Below are positions 8,023 through 15,204 of a stretch of 31,692 bases of DNA, piece after piece. Below the pieces are notes generated by a model, which saw only the letters and a list, made by a program, of their open reading frames with translations, searched no databases and was not told the origin of the DNA. How positions within the stretch are numbered: the stretch's first letter is position 1; the number at the start of each line of letters is the position of its first letter. The stretch covers positions 1-31,692 of the forward strand of contig NC_017181.1 in assembly GCF_000175255.2 (NCBI RefSeq), in the 5' to 3' direction. Made by a program: the position numbers and the translations under genes. Source of the DNA: Zymomonas mobilis subsp. mobilis ATCC 10988 (GTDB taxonomy: Bacteria; Pseudomonadota; Alphaproteobacteria; Sphingomonadales; Sphingomonadaceae).

Positions 8023-8518
8023 GCCTAAATTTTAGGCTAATCTATATAACTAGACATTAATAAAATCGATAGATTTTGTGATTTTTAGATAAAAGTAGTT
8101 GAATTTTATGATTAATCATCATAAAAAATGATTCGTCGATATTTATTTTCTGAAATGATGTGTGCGGAGCCTGATGTGTTATGGATTTTTTATTGAAAAA
8201 GAATATTAATCTCCCAAATACACAGTTTTTTTTCAGAAAAACACATGATGTGATCAATCTTAATGAATCTAAAGATTCTTAAAATGATTCGTTCATCATA
8301 TTTTCTTATAAAAAATATAAATAGATTCGCAACATCTGTTTTTTTTATAAAAAATAAATCTGCGCTTTTGAGGAAGGTCATTACATCAACTCTTAAAAAT
8401 GGGGGATGTAATTACCGTTTCTTATTGCAAATGACCTTTCTGCGCTCTGCACATGAGCGAAATTCTTTCAAAGTTTCTCTGAACTCTCCTCAATCATCAA
8501 AGCCGAAGTTGTGTCAAA
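8023..8518. promoter_or_regulatory. AT-rich divergent control region with short repeats; candidate oriV and/or promoters
   Basis: About 500 bp without a credible ORF, between the HTH operon and the rep-side genes. Contains the palindrome GCCTAAATTTTAGGC (8023-8037) abutting the first HTH start codon, ATGATTAATCAT (8108-8119), TGATGTG three times (8156, 8172, 8246), and AAAATGATTCGT twice (8125-8136, 8281-8292). Confidence 0.35.
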
Positions 8519-8836
8519 ATGACAATTAAAACAGCCGAAAATATGCCTTCTGTGGTCGATGGCGAGATCAGCAGATTCAAGCAGAAGATCAGCAACGCCC
8601 TATATCTTTATATGGGGCAGATGGAATGCGGTCTTCGCCTGTTGATGGATCGCTTGGAAGGTATTCGCCGAGCGGAAGAAACCCGCTCTTATGCTTTACT
8701 GGAAAATGTCTCAAAAGATGAATTTATAAGATTTAATACTGAAATATTAAGTCTTATTGAGGTGATTAAGCGTTCAGCAACTACGGCCAATGATGGCTTG
8801 GCGGGCTTCATTGAAAATTTTGGCTCGTCCTTATGA
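8519..8836 (+). CDS. Hypothetical protein (105 aa)
   Basis: Intact ORF with normal composition, first gene on the rep-side strand. I recognise no family. Confidence 0.55.
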   Translation: MTIKTAENMPSVVDGEISRFKQKISNALYLYMGQMECGLRLLMDRLEGIRRAEETRSYALLENVSKDEFIRFNTEILSLIEVIKRSATTANDGLAGFIENFGSSL

Positions 8837-8960
8837 CCCATTGTTTTTTCAGCCTTTCCTATTTGGAAAAGACCTGTTCTGTTTCCGTCAGTTCTAACCT
8901 TGGGTTTCTGGCCGATGCCTATTCGGCAATCCCTTATCTTCTCATTGGAGAGACTGTCTT

Positions 8961-9212
8961 ATGAGTTCTATTCATGCGACCGAAGAGCTGACTGAAAAGC
9001 TCCAATCCATTATCCGTCTTGAAGAAGAAAAGGCGCGTTTGGATGGCCAGATTGCCGAAGCCTATCGGGATCTGAAAGGCCAGAAATACGACATCAAGAA
9101 GGCCAAGCTTGCGGTCAGCCGTTCGCGAAAAGGGCATCCTGAAAATTCTATTCGTATTCTGATCAACCAGATCGTCAATGATCGGGCGATGAGCCGGAAG
9201 CTTGTCCCGTGA
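8961..9212 (+). CDS. GapR-like / DUF2312-family small DNA-binding protein
   Basis: 83 aa. KLQSIIRLEEEKARLDGQIAEAYRDLKGQKYDIKKAKLAVSRSRKG matches by eye the coiled-coil core of Caulobacter GapR ([48 protein letters not shown]). GGAGAG lies 9 nt upstream of the ATG. Confidence 0.7.
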   Translation: MSSIHATEELTEKLQSIIRLEEEKARLDGQIAEAYRDLKGQKYDIKKAKLAVSRSRKGHPENSIRILINQIVNDRAMSRKLVP

Positions 9213-9262
9213 TCAGAACCGGCGCAGCCTCTTCCCTTTTATCTATTTCAAATTCAGGCCTG

Positions 9263-9295
9263 CCACAGCGGAGAATCTTCGCTGTGGCTTTTTTG
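9263..9295 (+). terminator. Rho-independent terminator after the GapR-like gene
   Basis: CCACAGCG (9263-9270) pairs with CGCTGTGG (9280-9287) and is extendable by G-U, A-U and G-C to about 11 bp with a 3-nt loop. CTTTTTTG follows (9288-9295). Confidence 0.7.
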
Positions 9296-9318
9296 CGTCC
9301 AAGACTGGAGCCCGCACA

Positions 9319-11094
9319 ATGACCGCCTCTTTTTCCTCATCGTCTCATTTCGTGGCGTCATCTCCTATGTCTTCTTCACTTAATGCCGATCTGTCCTCTT
9401 CTGACTCTGCCTCTTCTGCAACCCTCTCCGCATCCTCTGTTCTTTCTCCAAAGCCCAATCTCGCGCCTGCCCCATTATCCGCTGAGTTGTCTTCTATGTC
9501 GCCTAACCTTGTATCGCCTTTGGAAGTTGCTGACTTATCCTTGCCGATCTCCGCTTCGTCTTCGCTATCCTTGGCTTCTCCATTACGTGCTACCATCTTA
9601 CCAGATTCTTCTACAGCTCCATTACCTTCATCTCCCTCCTCTATGTCTTTTGAAGGTAGCCCTTTTGTGGACAGGTTGGGGCGTTTCAAGCGCGGCACTT
9701 ATCGTTCAATGCTGATGCAGACGGGAATGTCCTACGACCATGCAAAAGACATGGCTGATCTCGCTGCTGAGGAATTTAAAAACGCCAAAAAAAGGGAGCC
9801 TGTCGGTGCGACATATGACCGCCAATCACCTCCCTTGGCCAATAGCGCTAATCCCGAAATTCCGGCCTCAAATACCAATCGTGAGGTTACCGCCCCCGCA
9901 TCAGAAGCATTCGACGAAATCGAATATTTTGACCAGATGGTTTCAAACGGCGTTGATCCTGAAACCGCTGCCGATATTGCCCGTAAAACAGCTATTGCAA
10001 GACGTAGAGATCCTCTCGAAAGAGCCACCCGCAATAAAACACGTCGTCGGACTCCTGATCCTGTCCACCGTGACTCTTATGAGGTGGGCGAGCGCGAGAA
10101 GTCGGTCTGGAAGCCGGTCAATCCGCAAGAGATCGGTGCCTATCTGGAAGCGGTCGATCAATATTCGATCAAAACCAAGGGCTTAAGCGATAAGGCCGTT
10201 CGCCTTTTAAAGATGCTGTTTCGGATGGTCGACTTTAAAACTGGCCGTCTGGAGCCAACCCTCGACACAATATGCGATCGTGTCGGCTATGCCCGTGCGA
10301 CGGTCGTTAAATTACTGCGGCAATTACAGGATTTAGGCTTCATCCGCTGGATACGCCGATCAATCAAGATCAAAGCGGATGGCAAAGGCCCCCGCCGCAA
10401 GCAGACCAGTAACGCCTACGGCTTCTTGTCTCCCAAGGCTTGGCCAGAGTTGGCCAGACAGGTTTTCGAGCGTGTGATGCGCCGGAGGAACGCACCTATT
10501 CCTGACGATATCGACCACGCCCAAGAGGCGGACAAAGCCGAAACCAAGGCTATCGTTGAAAGCTTGCCGCCCGAAGATTTCGTCAAAGCGATATCGGGCG
10601 ATAAAGAGCCAACAGAGTTAACAGATTCGTTAATACAGCTCGCCAAATCTATCGAGCGTGCTGAACAACGGGAACAGGAAGAGCAGGTTAAGAAGGCAGC
10701 ACAGGCTGACCAAGAAGGGGTTAAAACACCTTCCCAAACACCTAAGGAGGATACCTCAAAAAAACCCCTAATCTCGGACAATCAACGCGAGTTCAATTCT
10801 TATACTCTATCCTGTTATACTTATTTATCTAATAGCAACCATACAAAACTAAAAACCAAAGAAGAAAATAAGGACTGCACTGATCCTGCTACCACAGACA
10901 GTGCAGATACTATTTATGATCGAAAAACTGACAACGATCCTTTCCTCTTAACTCTTAAAGCTCGCGGTTATCGTCTCGATCAAATCACAGCTTGCCTAAA
11001 TCACAGAGATAAACGGAAAAAGAACAGATGGATGCCTCTGTCACCGGACGAAACCGCCCGCCTCCTTATACAAACAAGACAGATGAAACCCTGA
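9319..11094 (+). CDS. Plasmid replication initiator-like protein (winged-helix) with Ser/Pro-rich N-terminal extension
   Basis: Start placed at ATG 9319 (GGAG at 9307-9310), downstream of the terminator. The ORF track start at 9202 would read through that terminator. The central segment AVRLLKMLFRMVDFKTGRLEPTLDTICDRVGYARATVVKLLRQLQDLGFIRWIRRS looks like the wHTH of alphaproteobacterial plasmid Rep proteins. The family was not verified by search. Confidence 0.65.
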   Translation: MTASFSSSSHFVASSPMSSSLNADLSSSDSASSATLSASSVLSPKPNLAPAPLSAELSSMSPNLVSPLEVADLSLPISASSSLSLASPLRATILPDSSTAPLPSSPSSMSFEGSPFVDRLGRFKRGTYRSMLMQTGMSYDHAKDMADLAAEEFKNAKKREPVGATYDRQSPPLANSANPEIPASNTNREVTAPASEAFDEIEYFDQMVSNGVDPETAADIARKTAIARRRDPLERATRNKTRRRTPDPVHRDSYEVGEREKSVWKPVNPQEIGAYLEAVDQYSIKTKGLSDKAVRLLKMLFRMVDFKTGRLEPTLDTICDRVGYARATVVKLLRQLQDLGFIRWIRRSIKIKADGKGPRRKQTSNAYGFLSPKAWPELARQVFERVMRRRNAPIPDDIDHAQEADKAETKAIVESLPPEDFVKAISGDKEPTELTDSLIQLAKSIERAEQREQEEQVKKAAQADQEGVKTPSQTPKEDTSKKPLISDNQREFNSYTLSCYTYLSNSNHTKLKTKEENKDCTDPATTDSADTIYDRKTDNDPFLLTLKARGYRLDQITACLNHRDKRKKNRWMPLSPDETARLLIQTRQMKP

Positions 11095-11644
11095 TACCGA
11101 TAGCTATCCTTCTCAAAACATACCACCCGTTAATCTCTCGGCGCTGCTCGCTTCGCTCACAAGCTTGGCGAATAAAAATCCGCCTTTCGGTAGGGCTATC
11201 TAATTCCTAAAAATCCGTATTGTTTCAAAAGAGTTTCTCTAATTATAGTAAGCGGTACCTTGTCTTTCATTTCATAAAATTTTTTCAGAGAAATATCGGA
11301 AAACTAGGGATGCAAGATTGTCATCACTCTTTTTTTTCCGTCAAAGTTTTCCGTTTACTTCTATTTGGCAATTTCGACCAGAATCATTCAATATCAATCA
11401 CTGGCCGAAAATCACCTGTATATTGAGCATCTTCGAATTTCCAACTGGAATGTTGGGATTAGGTAAACGCATCTAGGGGGTAAGCAGAAAGTCGGCTGTT
11501 GGGCAGCATGACCACCCAACCGGACATCCTTGTGAACTACTTTTCTAACGGCTTTACGTAACTGTTCAGTTATTCGGGGCAACTTACGTTGCTCCTAAAA
11601 CCGATATTTGTCATTTCGACAACCAAATAGGCTAATATCAATGA

Positions 11645-14164
11645 TTATTCAGATCGTCCCTTTTTGTAGGACTGAATCGTTTCAATCTCTTTGTTCAGGG
11701 TCTCTCGATCCAAATTAGAAAAGAACTTTACATCCTGATAAATATTTCTTGCACTATCAAAATCGCCTATATTGAGGTAATAATTTGCTTCCAATTGAAG
11801 AAACGGCCTATAGTTTGCTCGTAAATCGAATGTAGATCGGTCCATGACGATTCTGCGAGCAATATTTATTTGCTCGATTGCCCGGGAAAAGTTTCTATCC
11901 TTAAGAAGTATCTTTGCATAGAGTTCTAAAGGCGCAAAAAGAGAAGGAGTTTTCTTGAGAGCCTCCAGCACCAGCCTAAGCGCTTCTCGGTTATCTCCAT
12001 AAAAATATTCTATTTCAGCTAATCTCGTTGCATGGAAAGAGCGTCCTTCCTCCTCATCTAACTGTTGGAGAGAATCGAGAAGCTCCAGAACCTCAGGATC
12101 CCGCTTGCAAAGCTTCTTTTTGTTCCTGATTAGGCAAGAAATAAAAATATCGATAATGAAAGGGTTAGCCTTAGCAGCTTCATACGCCTCGCGTGCGTAA
12201 GATTCTGCTTCCTCCGGAAGGTCAAGACTTAAGCACACAGATGCAAGTTCGCGCGACGTAGCACGATTGGTCTGCGATAGTTTATACGCGGAAATCAGTG
12301 TTTCGCGTGCTTCTGTCAGTTTGCCTTGAAGGCGAAGGTTGAAGCCGTTTAGGAAATGTACGATAGCTTCAGACGCATCGTCATCTGCTAAATTTTTCAG
12401 TTGTGTGATACCGAAATTGAACGTTGATTGATCATTGATGCGAGCGGCAGCTAAGCCTAGGTAACGGCAAGCGGCGATAGCACCGGATCTTGATAGGCGA
12501 CCGTGTCCCTCAATTGCTTCTCGCGCCATTCGTATGGCGTCTTTCCATCGTCGTGCATCGTAGTGTTTTTTAGCAAGCCAAACACGATGCGAAGGCAGTA
12601 TAAAAGCTTCCATAAGCTTCGACGTGGGCTCATCCCTTTCAAGAGTCATCAAGATCGCCGATTCGAGAAGCGTGATAGGTGCTTCGCCATCCTCGATGCG
12701 TAATTCCAAAGATCTTGAAAGGGAACGCATTATTCGAGTCCTTTCCTGACTTTTGAGCTCAGTTCTTGGATCGCGTTCAGACGCAATTCTTAAAGCGGGT
12801 GAAATCGAAATCCTCTCATCTTCAACACGAACGATATTCAGATCGAGCATTTTTTGAACTGATCCACTGATCTCAGAAGAGTCTACTTCGGAGAGAACGT
12901 CAGATAAGGATGTGAAATCAAGCTCTGGAGCAATGGAAAATACAGATAATATTTTTAGATCAAGGCTATTTAAATTAGCTGATCTTAGGTACTCTGAAGT
13001 CTGCTTATGTTTCCATTCGATGAAATCTCGAGGATTACTGAGGAATAGATCAACGGATGTCTCCGACACCAGATCGACCATACGATATATATTGAATGGA
13101 TGCTGATCTGCGATATCGACCAGTTTCTCTAGTTGCCCCGACTTTACCCTCACATCACACTCTTTGAGTAATCCCGTGATCAAACGCTCAGTATCCTCTC
13201 TAGTAAGAGCGGATACGCTTAGGTATGCCAAGTCATCAGCGGCTCTGCGTAGCCGCTTTGGGATCATTCTAGGTGATATAAACACTACAGGAGGATGTGG
13301 CCTATCTACAACTCTATCCAAAATGCTTTCAATCTCGGGTTGAAAAGAACCATCCTCACGAAGGACGCCGCCGCCATCAAATACGTATAAAGTTTCTCGA
13401 TCATGGACAATTTCATTGATCTTATCAGCGATTATCTGCGACTTTCGTTTATTGTCTGCATTTTGAAAGCCTTCGATAAGGTCTTTAAGATCCGGAATTG
13501 ATATACTTGGGTTTAGCGATGATATAATAGCCCTGTAAATATCATCATACCCGTCAAAATTATCAAGTTCAACAGTTGGTGGTATTGCGCCAATCTCTGG
13601 ATATTGGTTCTGGAAAAACTTTTTGGCTACCGTCCTACGACCCGAACCAGAATTTCCTGAGACATACAATGCCTTAATTCGAGGTTTATCTAGGTTGTTT
13701 GCTTGCTTTTCAAGAATCTTTAGCTCTGTTTCACGACCAACAAACGGATGAGATTTTATTCTTTTAGAGTGATTCGAAGATATAAGTTTACCTTCAATCA
13801 ACCTAGCGGTACTTTCGGGGCTGCTTGAGCGACGCACCATATTATAGTGTTTTATGAAGTCTTTAGCACTATTAAAAACGTCTTCGTCCAAACAAATCGT
13901 CAGGACACGACTTATTTTCCCACTCGCAATCAGTTCTCTACTGAAGGCAATTTCAAAATTTACGTATCCAGAATTCAGTGCATCTTTCGATAGGAATAGG
14001 CAGAATAGGTCGCAGCGATTTAGCGCCTTTAAGATTTCGTCGGAGTTCAATCCTCCTTCGTCAAAGGTCTGTGAATCAAATTCGTAATTCCCAGGACGCA
14101 AATTATCTTTAACTGCTTGTACATAGCCTTTATCTTTTGACGAGTGAGATAGAAATGCACGCAT
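11645..14164 (-). CDS. TIR domain / P-loop STAND NTPase / TPR-like repeat protein (bacterial NLR-like, Avs-type architecture)
   Basis: Start at internal Met 14164 (GAGG 6 nt upstream). N-terminal TIR (MRAFLSHSSKDKGYV...LFCLFLSKDALNSGYVNFEIAF, conserved Glu present). P-loop YVSGNSGSGRRTVAKKF and Walker B-like TLYVFDGGG. The C-terminal ~330 aa are helical TPR-like repeats. Confidence 0.85.
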   Translation of the reverse strand: MRAFLSHSSKDKGYVQAVKDNLRPGNYEFDSQTFDEGGLNSDEILKALNRCDLFCLFLSKDALNSGYVNFEIAFSRELIASGKISRVLTICLDEDVFNSAKDFIKHYNMVRRSSSPESTARLIEGKLISSNHSKRIKSHPFVGRETELKILEKQANNLDKPRIKALYVSGNSGSGRRTVAKKFFQNQYPEIGAIPPTVELDNFDGYDDIYRAIISSLNPSISIPDLKDLIEGFQNADNKRKSQIIADKINEIVHDRETLYVFDGGGVLREDGSFQPEIESILDRVVDRPHPPVVFISPRMIPKRLRRAADDLAYLSVSALTREDTERLITGLLKECDVRVKSGQLEKLVDIADQHPFNIYRMVDLVSETSVDLFLSNPRDFIEWKHKQTSEYLRSANLNSLDLKILSVFSIAPELDFTSLSDVLSEVDSSEISGSVQKMLDLNIVRVEDERISISPALRIASERDPRTELKSQERTRIMRSLSRSLELRIEDGEAPITLLESAILMTLERDEPTSKLMEAFILPSHRVWLAKKHYDARRWKDAIRMAREAIEGHGRLSRSGAIAACRYLGLAAARINDQSTFNFGITQLKNLADDDASEAIVHFLNGFNLRLQGKLTEARETLISAYKLSQTNRATSRELASVCLSLDLPEEAESYAREAYEAAKANPFIIDIFISCLIRNKKKLCKRDPEVLELLDSLQQLDEEEGRSFHATRLAEIEYFYGDNREALRLVLEALKKTPSLFAPLELYAKILLKDRNFSRAIEQINIARRIVMDRSTFDLRANYRPFLQLEANYYLNIGDFDSARNIYQDVKFFSNLDRETLNKEIETIQSYKKGRSE

Positions 14165-15204
14165 GTGAACCTCGAAATTAATTTGAGCTATTATTAAAAA
14201 ACAATCTATATAATCCAAGTCGAATCGCAAGCTGCTTACTGAATCCTGGCGTTAGACTGTGAGTTATTTCTCCCTCACACCCCTCGAAGTTGTAATTGTC
14301 TATCGGTGCTGAACTTCTGACAAACAATGTTCGCGATGTGGAAAGCTACTTGGGCGACTGCTGCCTATCTTATTCCACATTCCTGAACAGGCAGGTGGAT
14401 CTGGGGTGGAAAGTAATCTGTTTTCTTTAGGCAAATACCACTTGAAAGCGGAGGTCTCCGCTAATGCAGGAGCGGTTCAATATTCCTTTGTCAACAGAAA
14501 CTGGTCAATCTGCAGAAACGGGAAGAATGGCTGAGTAGGCAGTTTGAGGTCCAAAACCAGGGTCGTCAGAGGTGGATTTATGAATGGAAGGAAAGACACC
14601 GACCTGTGAAAGAACAGGCTCATCGCGACATGTCCCTGTTTTGATTTCTGTCCGACAGCAAGCCGTTTTCTGCCGAGCATATAGAATTTAAGAAACTGGC
14701 ATCACAAATGTATCTTAAGGACAACTTGTTAGGGGTAATCCAGAAGCTTAGAAAGAACGAAAGACATAGTCAATTTGGAATGCCATGAGTTTACCAATAA
14801 GGCTGTTCTTAAAAGAATCCGTAGATAGAAGACCACCGATGCTGGACCAGTGATACTGCTAGACTGCGCGTGGAGTTTCTTGATCAGCATCTGACGTCTG
14901 GACAGATACAACTTGATGTTAAAAAGCCAATGAATTTTTCATGGAAAAGTTAAAATTTGTCTTAAAGGATCGCAAGAAAAAACCATTTTTCCAATCTATG
15001 CCGTTGACATATCCAGAGATCGAATGATTGAAAATCTAATATCCAATCCCGGGTTATTCGATCCCTCGAACTAATACAACACCATTAACCCCGGGATTAA
15101 AGATGTAAGAATTCTTGAACAATATACTATAAGAAAAATGTGGGAAATATTACCTATTTTCTATATTTTTCATTACCTTTTTATTATTTTATAATATACT
15201 TTAC

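Noticed and set aside
8057-8529. Three overlapping 63-88-aa ORFs in the AT-rich intergenic region
   Set aside because: Lys/Ile/Phe/Asn-rich translations typical of AT-rich non-coding DNA. They overlap each other on both strands.
9345-10781. Antisense and alternate-frame ORFs within rep (9345-9698, 9383-9715, 9732-10034, 9740-10186, 9943-10161, 10416-10781)
   Set aside because: These are artefacts of the pyrimidine-skewed, low-complexity rep coding sequence. The frame giving the wHTH domain is the only one with recognisable protein features.
11123-11160. Possible third, degenerate copy of the module A/B leader just downstream of rep (CCACCCGTTAATCTCTCGGCGCTGCTCGCTT), which would make direct repeats flanking the island
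   Set aside because: The similarity needs several indels and rests on short blocks (CCACCC, CTCGGCG, TCGCTT). That is too weak to assert without a statistical alignment. It is worth testing, but I do not claim it.
14165-14230. 22-codon N-terminal extension of the TIR-STAND ORF
   Set aside because: TIR domains of this type start at MxxFLSHSSKD. The internal Met has a GAGG RBS, and the extension is hydrophobic filler.
14477-14911. 67-aa and 60-aa minus-strand ORFs in the spacer between the island genes
   Set aside because: No RBS, no motifs, and all neighbouring frames are broken. They are more consistent with decayed sequence than with genes.
15045-15098. tRNA-like T-arm (GGGTTATTCGATCCC) and the AATCCCGGG/CCCGGGATT inverted repeat, considered as a tRNA gene, att-site remnant or MITE
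   Set aside because: No acceptor, D or anticodon arms can be built. The best 5' partner gives a 56-nt molecule. The T-loop carries a 2-nt insertion relative to GGTTCGATCC. The evidence is insufficient.
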